Notes: generated by a model not told the origin, from the letters alone. DNA of 64,000 nt from Gammaproteobacteria bacterium (GCA_965243205.1 CBDEUK010000002.1:192001-256000); one strand, 5' to 3'; positions 1 through 9,442 are shown, counted from the first letter of the stretch. Made by a program: numbers and translations.

Positions 1-965
1 ACCACAGCGAAACCTCGACCAGCTTCACCTGCTGAAGCAGCGTGCATACTCGCATTCAACGCTAAGATATGTGTTCGTTCAGAAATATTGTTAATTAAAT
101 TTACCGCAGTACCAATTTCTTGAGAACGTTCCCCTAAACGTTTAATTCTTTTTTCTGTCTCACGAATGGTATCTCGAATTTTATTAATACTATCGACTGT
201 ATTGGTTACAGTCGTCATAGCGGTTATGGTCGATTTAATGGCTTCTTCTGCAGCAGAGTTAGAGTCTTGAGCAAGCTTGGAAATATTAGCCATAGCTTCA
301 GCTGCTCTTCTTAATTCTTTGGCGGCACTATCAACTTCTTCTTGTTCTTTATCAGCTAATAATAATACATTATCTGATTGATTCTTAACTAAGTTAGATG
401 TTTCAGCAACTTCGGTTGAAATTTCTGTTACAGAGTTCAGGACTTTTGCTGTTTCGTTCGTCATCATGTTTAACGCATCAGCTAATGGACCTGTTATGTC
501 TTCATTCACAGTCGCTTTAATTGTAAGATTTTTTTGAGCTAATTGAGCAACTGTTTCTAATAACATCACGACAGAATCGTTTAACTGCTCATTTTCTTCT
601 TCAATTCTTGAAAAAGCAGTAACACGATCGTTTAACATTGTGTCAATATAATTTCCGATTTTTCCAAACTCATTTTTTTCTTTTAAGCCAGTTCGTGCTT
701 CTAAGTCGCCTTGAGATATTTTTTCAAGAGTTGAAAGTAAACGAAAGGTTGGCGTATAAAATTTATTTGCAAGAAAAACTGCCCCCACAGCGATTAAGAA
801 TAAAGTGATAATTAGAGCAATTACAATGGGAATAAGGTTTTGAGAAAGTGCTTGGAAATTATTTTCAGCTCCAAGTGTATAAACAACATATCCAAAAAAG
901 CTTAAGAATATTAAGCTGCCTATAAATGCAGAAAAATAAATGGTGTTTTTTGATGTGAATTTCAT
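1..965 (-). CDS. Methyl-accepting chemotaxis protein, PilJ-like (3' end runs off the window edge)
   Basis: Manual translation from ATG at 965 (MKFTSKNTIYFSAF...): two TM helices, HAMP (GDLEARTGLKEKNEFGKIG), NEDITGPLADALN, and the MCP hairpin ERTHILALNASMHAASAGEAGRGFAVV. Confidence 0.9.
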   Translation of the reverse strand, partial: MKFTSKNTIYFSAFIGSLIFLSFFGYVVYTLGAENNFQALSQNLIPIVIALIITLFLIAVGAVFLANKFYTPTFRLLSTLEKISQGDLEARTGLKEKNEFGKIGNYIDTMLNDRVTAFSRIEEENEQLNDSVVMLLETVAQLAQKNLTIKATVNEDITGPLADALNMMTNETAKVLNSVTEISTEVAETSNLVKNQSDNVLLLADKEQEEVDSAAKELRRAAEAMANISKLAQDSNSAAEEAIKSTITAMTTVTNTVDSINKIRDTIRETEKRIKRLGERSQEIGTAVNLINNISERTHILALNASMHAASAGEAGRGFAV

Positions 966-982
966 TTTAAGCTCTCAGTTCT

Positions 983-1549
983 TTATAGGGCATCATCTTG
1001 AATTTCTTCTTCAGAGTATTCTTTTGTGATGTAACGCATAAACCCTCTGAAGTCGACCTCTGACCATATAGTGCTTTCTATAGAATAAATAGATTTAATA
1101 AATAGACTTAATTCGCTAGGAATATTGCTAGTTTGATCAAAACTAGATTCTTTAGCGTTATCAAAATCTAATGCGATAGGAAATGCATCTAAATAAATAG
1201 CAACATATTGACCACCATGATCAAAAATAACTAATGGATTGGTTTCATCTCTTGTTTTAAATGACCATAACGCATGTAAATCAAATACCGGAATTAAATT
1301 TCCTCGATGATTAATTAAACCTCGAATCCATTCATGAGTGTTGGGAATAGGGTAAATAGAATAACTACGAATGATTTCGCATGGAATTGTTTGGTCAAAT
1401 AATAAATTTAAATCACACACTTTGTATCCGTATCGAATATTTTTTTCATCTGAACTCGATAAATCGACGAGTCCTTCAAACGGATCAAAGTGTTCAAGCT
1501 CAGGACTCAGTCTTATCCAATCAGGTGTTTTATTTGTATCTGAGTCCAT
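983..1549 (-). CDS. cheW: CheW/PilI-like chemosensory adaptor
   Basis: IYPIPNTHEWIRGLINHRGNLIPVFDL is the CheW signature; lies between a response regulator and an MCP. Confidence 0.88.
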   Translation of the reverse strand: MDSDTNKTPDWIRLSPELEHFDPFEGLVDLSSSDEKNIRYGYKVCDLNLLFDQTIPCEIIRSYSIYPIPNTHEWIRGLINHRGNLIPVFDLHALWSFKTRDETNPLVIFDHGGQYVAIYLDAFPIALDFDNAKESSFDQTSNIPSELSLFIKSIYSIESTIWSEVDFRGFMRYITKEYSEEEIQDDAL

Positions 1550-1557
1550 GGGAAATT

Positions 1558-1926
1558 TTAATTAGAAAACGTTTTGATCTGGTCAAGAATTTGTTCGGGT
1601 GTATAAGGTTTTGAGACAAGCTCTTTACCACCTTGCATTTTAGCCCAAACACGGTCAGCTTTTTGTTTTTTGCTGCTTACAAAGATCACTGGTATAGCTT
1701 GTGTGTCAGCATCATTACTGAGTTCTCTTGTTGCTTCATAACCATCCATTTCATCCATGACGATATCCATAAAGATGATGTCAGGTTTTTCCGTCTTTGC
1801 TAATTCAATGGCAATCTTTCCATTCTTTGCAGTTATAACTTCACAACCAGTTGCTTTTAAAATTTGTTCTAAGTTTTGTCGATCAGTAGAAGAATCATCA
1901 ACAACCAAAACTTTTTTTATCGCCAT
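1558..1926 (-). CDS. pilH: Single-domain response regulator, PilH-like
   Basis: VLVVDDS, FMD phospho-acceptor, DGYEATREL, ADRVWAKMQG, SKPY. Confidence 0.85.
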   Translation of the reverse strand: MAIKKVLVVDDSSTDRQNLEQILKATGCEVITAKNGKIAIELAKTEKPDIIFMDIVMDEMDGYEATRELSNDADTQAIPVIFVSSKKQKADRVWAKMQGGKELVSKPYTPEQILDQIKTFSN

Positions 1927-1961
1927 ACCTTATACTCTCCAAATATAACTCTATACAGATT

Positions 1962-2807
1962 TTAATTAATATTATTATTTATGTTATTTGGTATTTTTAC
2001 ATATTGATTAATAATTTCTTGAAATACCGCCTCACCAACAGGTTTGATTAAATAAGTATCACAGCCTGATAATTTACCCTTAATTCGATCGGCTGGTGAG
2101 GAGTTACCTGTTAACATTATTACAGGCGTTGATTTTGCATTACCTTCTTTTATGGTTTTACAAACCTCATAGCCATCAACACCAGGTAAGACTACATCTA
2201 GAAAGATAATATCGTATTGATTTTTATCAATCAGGGTATAAGCCTCTTCACCAGTTACAGCAAAATCTACATTAGCGTATTGTTTCAATGCTTTATCCAT
2301 TTGGATTCGCACCGGTAAGCTATCATCAACGACAAGTGCTTTTAATTCATTACCATTATTAGATGATGTTTTTTGCGATGCTGTTACATTGAAAGAAGTA
2401 TTTTCAAGTGTAGCATCTTGCATTGTAATCGTTTTCGCTAAAATAGCAGGTTGTTCTTGAAGCTGTAGTTCATTCTCCGCAACCTGATCCAATACACTAA
2501 TAACGCGTGTTGCTATTAATGGACGTTTAACTTGATAGTGTTTTGTTTTAAATTCTCTATCTTGTGAAACTAATACCGAAGAAGGTTCACTATAACCTTG
2601 TCTTTCAAGGTTATCTCGATATACACGCCATTTGATTAATGCAGAAGGTTCATCTGCATTCACCATTAATATATTTGGTCTGTCATCTAACGACTGTGCC
2701 GCGTAACATTTATTTCGAGTCTGAGAATAAGTAAAAGCCGAGTTTAATCGTCTCTCCTCGATATCAGGAATACCAATTAAACCAATTGTGACATTCTGCT
2801 TCTGCAT
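1962..2807 (-). CDS. Response regulator with C-terminal PilG-like REC domain and an extra N-terminal domain
   Basis: C-terminal LVVDDS...FLDVVLPGVDGYEVCK...DRIKGKLSGCDTYLIKP; about 150-aa N-terminal extension. Confidence 0.85.
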   Translation of the reverse strand: MQKQNVTIGLIGIPDIEERRLNSAFTYSQTRNKCYAAQSLDDRPNILMVNADEPSALIKWRVYRDNLERQGYSEPSSVLVSQDREFKTKHYQVKRPLIATRVISVLDQVAENELQLQEQPAILAKTITMQDATLENTSFNVTASQKTSSNNGNELKALVVDDSLPVRIQMDKALKQYANVDFAVTGEEAYTLIDKNQYDIIFLDVVLPGVDGYEVCKTIKEGNAKSTPVIMLTGNSSPADRIKGKLSGCDTYLIKPVGEAVFQEIINQYVKIPNNINNNIN

Positions 2808-2818
2808 AGCCTTTAGAA

Positions 2819-3820
2819 TTATGTATTATCAATCGTTAAGTACACTAAGGTTTGGTTTAATAATTGATATGCAATTTCACCAAATGTCATTGGGCCTGTA
2901 ATCTCACCAGTCTTTTTCCCTTCTAACTCAAGCCATAAATAGTTTAAGACACAGTTACATGAAAAAGTAATCGCGTTATCAAGATTAGGTAATGCTTTTT
3001 GAAATTCAGATACATAATCACTTGCTGGTGATGCTAATTTGTATTCAACACCACTAAATACAGGAGCATAAAATGAAACATTTTTATTTTCTGTATCATT
3101 TTCTTGAAAACATACGTTGATCATTGCACCAGAATAATTGGCGACTAATGGCAATTGAGTATCGATGTCATGTTCTGTCATGTAATCAGAAAGTGATTGT
3201 TCAACACCATTGACCAAACATTTTTGCGCAGAGAAACCCGTTTCTAAAAATTCAAAGGTATCCCCATCACCTTGTTGCACAGTGTTGATGATATTTAAAT
3301 TGGCAACTTTGTTTGGTGCAAGAGTGACATGCATTGCTACAGCTTTATCGCCAGAAGACTCACCTGTACCACCATTGAATACTTTCGGAGAAACAGAACC
3401 TAGATCGTCTAAGTGAATACCAGTTACCCATCCAATAATAGGTTTGATAAACATTTCTTCGTATTCAGGAGCTTTTTGTGCATAGTTTAGATGTATATCA
3501 CTGAATGCTGGAATCAGTAATACTGTAAATCCATCGTCGGGTGCATCTTTCGCAATATTTTCAATACTATTAGTGTTATAAAATTTAACTTGAATACGCT
3601 TAGCTAAAGAAGTGTCTAATTCAGCTGCATAAATTTCAGATTTTGTTGTTTTTCCACCGTCTTGTGACATGAAATAAGGAATTGTTCCACCAATCCATCG
3701 ACCTTTAGGCAGTTGTTTTAATAGTTCTTCATCTCCCGCTAACCAAAGGACTTTACCTGCTTCAATCGCAGCAGTCGCTTCAGCAACTGAAATTAATTTT
3801 GTGTTTACACTCTGACTCAT
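2819..3820 (-). CDS. DUF6976-like protein with FIST-like C-terminus
   Basis: LAGDEELLKQLPKGRWIGGTIPYFM at the N-terminus; FSCNCVLNYL...GPMTFGEIAYQLLNQT at the C-terminus resembles the FIST_C GEI motif. Confidence 0.7.
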   Translation of the reverse strand: MSQSVNTKLISVAEATAAIEAGKVLWLAGDEELLKQLPKGRWIGGTIPYFMSQDGGKTTKSEIYAAELDTSLAKRIQVKFYNTNSIENIAKDAPDDGFTVLLIPAFSDIHLNYAQKAPEYEEMFIKPIIGWVTGIHLDDLGSVSPKVFNGGTGESSGDKAVAMHVTLAPNKVANLNIINTVQQGDGDTFEFLETGFSAQKCLVNGVEQSLSDYMTEHDIDTQLPLVANYSGAMINVCFQENDTENKNVSFYAPVFSGVEYKLASPASDYVSEFQKALPNLDNAITFSCNCVLNYLWLELEGKKTGEITGPMTFGEIAYQLLNQTLVYLTIDNT

Positions 3821-3842
3821 ATCTATTCCTCTGACTCTCTAT

Positions 3843-5375
3843 TTATGCTGCAACCAACTGGTTAAGTTCAGCACGATGTTTTTGTTGATGTTTAATAAAG
3901 TATTGTCGAAGTATTTTCGCTCCAGCCATGCGGGTTGATTCCGAAGGATTTTTTTCGACTGAAATACGAATTCGCTCTAGCATCATTTTTAAAGCAACGA
4001 CATCAGTAACGATCTCTAATTCGCCATTGATTAAACGCTGCCAGCTAGGATGATCTTCAGCTGGAATTTCAGTATGTATATCTTCAGCTATTGTAGGGTT
4101 AGCGACTACTTGACCCAGTAAGATCAAAATTTCTTCACGATGCCTTGCTTGGTGTTTAACGAAATATTGATGCAAAATTTTAATACCAGCGGCTCGGTTT
4201 GATTCGGTCGGATTACGTGCAATCGACATTCTTACACGCTCTAACATCATTTGTAAGCCGACAGCATTAGTATCCAAGTTAATTGAACCGTTGAGTAATT
4301 TTTGCCAGCACTCATGATTAGTAGCAGGTACTGTAACTACTGCAGGCATGGTTACAGTCGTTGCTAATGGTTCTGAAGCTGAATCAATTCCAAGTTGTTT
4401 TAATTCCTCACTCAAACGGGTTTTGTGTTTTACAAAGAATTGTCTAAGAATTTTTGCTGCTGCATGTCGAGAACTTTCAGAAGGTGAGTTAGCAACTGAT
4501 AGGCGAACTCTTTCTATCATCATCTGCAAGCCAACATGAGCTGTATCGATGTTTTGCTCGCCAGAAATAATTTGTTTCCAACATTCATGTTGTTCTGCTG
4601 GTATACCACCCTGGATAACTTCTAGATTCGGTTTATCAGTAGCTAGGTTGGCTAAGTTGCCATTTAAGATATCAATATCTTCTCTATGAGTTGACTGATT
4701 CTTGACAAAATATTGCCTTAATAGCCGAATACCCGCTAATTTTGTTGTTTCGCTCGGTGTTTGAGTTACTTCTTGGCGTACTCTTTGAAGCAACATTTTC
4801 AAACCAACTGCATTGCTAGGTAATTCCAGTTGGCCTTGGATGAGTTTCATCCAGTTTGGATGTGTTTCCAGTGGAATTTCTTCCATTTCGATCAAATCGA
4901 AAGAATGAGCAACTGTTTCTTGGAATTCAGGCTCTATATTAATGCTTGGTTCGATTGGAGCTTCAATTCGTTCAATAGCCACTCCAGAACGCTCCGAAAT
5001 CTCTCGAACTTCAGAAGCTAATAAGCCAGTAACTTCGCTAACACCTTGAATTGACTTGGATATTTTTATAGCGCTAGTAACTAAATCCTCCATAGCTTTA
5101 GTGTAATGAGAACTTACATAGCGCCAATTATTTTCGTTATTCTCAAGAGCTGATTTCGGGATATGTAAAAATGTCCTCATCCCAAAAACAGGTAGATGTC
5201 GGAGTATTTCATACTCTTCATCATTATCTTTGCGCCAGGAGAAAAAAGAGCGAGTTGCCTCGGATTGAGCAATTGAGATATCGACACGATTCGAAGGACC
5301 GTCAATCTCAATATTAGTTGCGGACCAGCCTTCGTCCAACTTTAACACTTGGGTGCAGAATTCACTATCCCGCAT
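3843..5375 (-). CDS. Hypothetical protein: degenerate ISL3 transposase-like N-terminus (HTH retained) plus four tandem helical repeats
   Basis: Intact 510-aa ORF with SD AGAGGGGG; aa 1-130 resemble ISL3 transposase N-termini; aa 167-507 carry four repeats; 22 bp from the next gene. Confidence 0.8.
   Translation of the reverse strand: MRDSEFCTQVLKLDEGWSATNIEIDGPSNRVDISIAQSEATRSFFSWRKDNDEEYEILRHLPVFGMRTFLHIPKSALENNENNWRYVSSHYTKAMEDLVTSAIKISKSIQGVSEVTGLLASEVREISERSGVAIERIEAPIEPSINIEPEFQETVAHSFDLIEMEEIPLETHPNWMKLIQGQLELPSNAVGLKMLLQRVRQEVTQTPSETTKLAGIRLLRQYFVKNQSTHREDIDILNGNLANLATDKPNLEVIQGGIPAEQHECWKQIISGEQNIDTAHVGLQMMIERVRLSVANSPSESSRHAAAKILRQFFVKHKTRLSEELKQLGIDSASEPLATTVTMPAVVTVPATNHECWQKLLNGSINLDTNAVGLQMMLERVRMSIARNPTESNRAAGIKILHQYFVKHQARHREEILILLGQVVANPTIAEDIHTEIPAEDHPSWQRLINGELEIVTDVVALKMMLERIRISVEKNPSESTRMAGAKILRQYFIKHQQKHRAELNQLVAA
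3855..4877 (-). repeat. Four intragenic protein repeats of about 71 aa (nt 4877-4662, 4604-4392, 4331-4119, 4067-3855)
   Basis: Consensus IPxExHxxWxxLIxGxxxLxTxxVGLxMMLERVRxSVxxxPSESxRxAGxKILRQYFVKHQxxHREExxxL, with start-to-start spacing of 91, 91 and 88 aa. Confidence 0.95.
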
Positions 5376-5764
5376 GATGACCCCCTCTGATCTATCTTAA
5401 TGTGAATTATTTATGCAGATCCTTCTGTATTATTACCGTGATTAATTATTTAACTATCAAGTTTAGACAGTGTTTCTGCTTTTACATGCAGCAATTGGCA
5501 AAATTAAGAATTATTTCACTGCTTTGTGATTGTTTTCTCAACAATTCTTAATGGAAATAATTAAAAACTACAGGAGTTTTACAAATTTATTACTATTTAT
5601 CAATAACTTTGATACATTATATAATAAGATTGTGAGCAGTATTTTATTTGATATTGCCCATAAGTTATTGATATTAATATAAATATTATATTTTTAATGC
5701 ATCATGTCTAAACTCCCTTTCATAACAACAAATTAGAAAAGTTTTATAAAGTACTCTATTGATT

Positions 5765-6520
5765 ATGGCCGTACTCTGGCAGCAACAGAAACATGATATC
5801 AAATATGAGATTCGTACAGCAGGAGCGACCAGGCGTTTATACAAAAATGGTGTTTGCCATTCTCAATATAATCCAAATCGCATTCTCACAGGCAGTGTTT
5901 GGGATTTATTATTTATTCCGAGTTTATTATTTGCTCAAAACTCTTCATTAAACGTCTTGGTGTTAGGGGTGGGTGGCGGCGCTGCGATTCGTTTATACGA
6001 TTATTTTCTGCCAGAAACGGTGATTCATGGAGTAGAACTCGATGCTATGCATATCGAGCTGGCCCAGAAATTTTTTGGTATCAGCCAAGATAATATTCAT
6101 ATTCATGAAGCTGATGCCAAAGAATGGGTTAAAGACTATGGTGGAAAACCATTTGATATTGTTATTGAAGATGTGTTCATGGAAGAAAAAAAACAACCGA
6201 TACGAGCTATTGATGCAACAAGTCATTGGTATCAAGACTTATTATCGTTGATGAAAGACGATGGTATGTTGATTATGAATTTTGCGAGTCTAAAAGAATT
6301 TCGTCAGTCGTCGGCATTACGCATAAAACAACTTAATCAACGGTTTAAAAGTATTTTCCAATTAACAACACCATCATTGGATAATGTGATAGGAGTTTAT
6401 TCACTTCAAACGTTCCAAACACAAGACTTGCACAATGCTTTGATGGGGTGCGAGCAGGTTAGAAAAGCGATCGAAACGAAGTATCTTCGATACAGAGTGC
6501 GTAAACTCAGAAATTTATAA
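5765..6520 (+). CDS. Spermidine-synthase-like class I SAM-dependent methyltransferase
   Basis: VLVLGVGGGAA SAM motif, GVELD, DA..W, FDIVIEDVF; ATG at 5765 (ORF track starts at TTG 5759). Confidence 0.8.
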   Translation: MAVLWQQQKHDIKYEIRTAGATRRLYKNGVCHSQYNPNRILTGSVWDLLFIPSLLFAQNSSLNVLVLGVGGGAAIRLYDYFLPETVIHGVELDAMHIELAQKFFGISQDNIHIHEADAKEWVKDYGGKPFDIVIEDVFMEEKKQPIRAIDATSHWYQDLLSLMKDDGMLIMNFASLKEFRQSSALRIKQLNQRFKSIFQLTTPSLDNVIGVYSLQTFQTQDLHNALMGCEQVRKAIETKYLRYRVRKLRNL

Positions 6521-6524
6521 AGTT

Positions 6525-8414
6525 TTATAGTCTTGAAGAAACAAACTCGTCTGATTCAATCTCAACAGATTGGATTGCATCTTCTTCTTCAAATGAAGCT
6601 TTAGCAGCACCAACAAATTCTCCCATTGCTAAATCAGTACCATTAGCTATAGCGGTTGTTAAAGAGATTGAATCATTAATGTCTGTTACAACTACATATC
6701 GATTTGTTCGACGTAAGTAACTAATAAAGTTTTCAGATTTATCATCGACAGTCTCAACCAATTTTAATTCTGATAATTTATCATGATTGATGATCACCAT
6801 CCTAATATCGATCTTTGTCATGATCTCAGATAGTTCAGACAGTTCATTGATGTCACTTATCGCAAAGTTAAAACCATGCGAACTATGAAGATAGTTAATC
6901 AAAGCGATGATTTGTTTTTTATTGTCCTTAACAATCGAATGTGAAATATCAAGAATAATATTATTGCCTGGAGCTTGTTCCTCGTAATCACTCAGTAATG
7001 TTCTTAGCCAATTAAAAAATGTTGGGTCATCAAGTGTTTGTTGATTCAGTTTTAGTAAAAAATAGGATGGCTCAACTCCAGTTTTGATATCCATAATATT
7101 ACTGATGGTTTCTTTCAATAACCAACGATCGTAATATTTTATAACATCGTCTTCATGAATGTTTTCTAATAAATCGTTGCTATTTATTTCCTTGTCTTCT
7201 TTATCCATCAGTAATGAAGATAGATAATATAAATCATGTTCTGCTAGAAAAGAATCTTCACGTCCAGACAACATAATAATTGGCTGAAAAGTTTTAATCA
7301 TACTATTGTCATTAATAGATGAAACTAAAAGAGTAGCGTTTTCATCTAACTTATCAATATTAAGTTCAATATCGTATATTTCATTATTTGCTTCACTTTC
7401 ATTTTTAGGATCTGCTGCTTCTATTTCTTTATCAAAATCATTTTGCGATAGTATTTGTTCTGAGTCAGATTCTTTTTCAACAGGGGTTTGTAATTGTTGA
7501 ATATTTGTTATGTAGATTCGTTTAGATTCTAATTCTATGTTTGCTGCTTTATTGCACGCGATGTGAAAATATTTGATTAAATTCTGTTTGCTAACGGTTT
7601 TTTCAGTTAATGATAATCCACATGAAACGAAATTATATTCAACATTAGTTTCAGTATCGTTATATGGTGTTTCCAGGTGATACTCATGCAGGTTCTTTAT
7701 TAATTCTTTTTCGTCGAAAGATACATTATCAACATCTAATAACACAGCAACCATCGAACCACTGAATAATGTTATATATGGTTGAAAATTATTAGACATA
7801 AAATAACGACAACTTTCTTTTGCGATATGACGAGTGATTCTGTCTTTTGCAAAATCATTGATAGGCTGCTCTTTATTTTTTTCATAAATTCTAAAACCTA
7901 TAATGATTCTTTTTTGAACATTATCAATGGTTTCAATGTCTTGGTTTAAGGTTTTATAGAAATATTTTTTATTAAAAATTTGTTGAATGTTTTTTAGATT
8001 TTCTTGTTGCTTTAATTTTTTCTTTTTAGCAACAATCGCTTCATTGATTGACGCAAAAAGAATTTTCTTTGTGAGCTCTTGTTTGCGTATAAAATCTGAG
8101 ATGCCTAACTTAAGTGCTTTGAATGCAATTTCTTCGTCGTTACTTGCAGTAAGCATGATAGTAACTGGAAAGTCGGGGTTATCCTTATTTTGATGGAGGA
8201 TATCTAAACCAGTTGTATTTTCTAACCTTAAATGATGATCTAATAACAGGACATCATGCTGGCTCCAATCAAAATTTTCATCAGGCGCACCTGATACTAA
8301 AGGATCGTATTCGTGCAAAATATCGCTATCGAACTTTGTTTTTAAAATGCTGTGAGTGAGTTTTCGAAAATCAGGTTCATCATCAAAAATAAGAATTGAT
8401 TGGATATCAGCCAT
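6525..8414 (-). CDS. Response regulator with REC domain and degenerate GGDEF and EAL domains (FimX/LapD-like receptor)
   Basis: REC (FDDE, LLLD, MLT, FIRK); GGDEF position reads SGSMV; EAL-like FQPII...YYDRWLL...FAISD lacks the EAL motif. Confidence 0.75.
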   Translation of the reverse strand: MADIQSILIFDDEPDFRKLTHSILKTKFDSDILHEYDPLVSGAPDENFDWSQHDVLLLDHHLRLENTTGLDILHQNKDNPDFPVTIMLTASNDEEIAFKALKLGISDFIRKQELTKKILFASINEAIVAKKKKLKQQENLKNIQQIFNKKYFYKTLNQDIETIDNVQKRIIIGFRIYEKNKEQPINDFAKDRITRHIAKESCRYFMSNNFQPYITLFSGSMVAVLLDVDNVSFDEKELIKNLHEYHLETPYNDTETNVEYNFVSCGLSLTEKTVSKQNLIKYFHIACNKAANIELESKRIYITNIQQLQTPVEKESDSEQILSQNDFDKEIEAADPKNESEANNEIYDIELNIDKLDENATLLVSSINDNSMIKTFQPIIMLSGREDSFLAEHDLYYLSSLLMDKEDKEINSNDLLENIHEDDVIKYYDRWLLKETISNIMDIKTGVEPSYFLLKLNQQTLDDPTFFNWLRTLLSDYEEQAPGNNIILDISHSIVKDNKKQIIALINYLHSSHGFNFAISDINELSELSEIMTKIDIRMVIINHDKLSELKLVETVDDKSENFISYLRRTNRYVVVTDINDSISLTTAIANGTDLAMGEFVGAAKASFEEEDAIQSVEIESDEFVSSRL

Positions 8415-8416
8415 AA

Positions 8417-9037
8417 CTAATTATTTTCCTTACTGATCTCATCTTGACGAAGTTCGACTAATTTTGTGAATGCATGAGCTACTTTTGGAGCGTGTTCAAA
8501 ATAAAAGGTTAGATCTGAATAATCTGCGCATAACAGTTCAGAGTTTTCTAATGTCCTGACTGATGCCGTGCGTAAGCCGCCAGTGAAATAGGCCATTTCA
8601 CCGATGGGATCGCCAGGGCCTAAGATTGCGATCACTTTCATTCGGCCTTCTAAATTCGTGTGGTATACAGCAGCGCTTCCTGTAGCCATAACATACATAG
8701 TGGGATCGTCATCACCTTGCATAATGAATTCATTTTGTTCTGGAACAGATACTTCTTTGAATCGACTACTTAATGCAGCCAAGTCGGTTTGACTTAAGGT
8801 TGAGAAAACAGGGCAGCGAGATAAACGACGAATTCGCTGTAATTTTACAGCGTTTTCTAATTCTTCTTTGCTAATGCTCCCTGATTCTAAGAGTAGTTGT
8901 CCGATAGGTTTATTATGCGTTTGGTCACCTGGATCGAGCACTTGTTTAGATAATGCTTTATTTATAGCACCATTCGAAATCGCTAAGTATTCACCGAGTC
9001 GTTTATCAAATTGATTTGTTTCATCAAAGTTGGTCAT
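8417..9037 (-). CDS. Cyclic nucleotide-binding protein with N-terminal MshEN-like motif
   Basis: RLGEYL...ALSKQ and PIGQLLLESGSISKEELENAVKLQ; cNMP phosphate-binding cassette GEMAYFTGGLRTASV; no HTH. Confidence 0.82.
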   Translation of the reverse strand: MTNFDETNQFDKRLGEYLAISNGAINKALSKQVLDPGDQTHNKPIGQLLLESGSISKEELENAVKLQRIRRLSRCPVFSTLSQTDLAALSSRFKEVSVPEQNEFIMQGDDDPTMYVMATGSAAVYHTNLEGRMKVIAILGPGDPIGEMAYFTGGLRTASVRTLENSELLCADYSDLTFYFEHAPKVAHAFTKLVELRQDEISKENN

Positions 9038-9442
9038 GTGAAATTGGCTCTGAGAAAGTCAATAATCATTATATTGAATTATTTTAGTAATAAACAGATT
9101 GTTAAAATTTATTATAGGTTTTTTATACAAGTCATTCAAATTATTAGCTTTTCAGAATAAACTTTATATTTCTTCTTAAGTTATACAGGCAATTCTTAGA
9201 CCATTATTATGGATGATGTATTCGTTCATCATATCTACTAAGCATCTTACTATTCGTTATTTATTCAAACTTAAAATATTAATTCCATGCATGGACAAAA
9301 TATTGTCAAAAAATGAAATATTCGTAATTATTCACAATTAAGCAACTATTTGTCATATTATTGACCATATAATTTGTTGTTAATAAGTTAAATGTATAAG
9401 TATTGTATAGAAAAGTAATTATTTAATAGATGAGGTCTAATT

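Noticed and set aside
3843-5375. Active ISL3 insertion sequence
   Set aside because: No DDE domain, no zinc-finger cysteines, no terminal inverted repeats or target duplication seen; the gene is embedded in an operon
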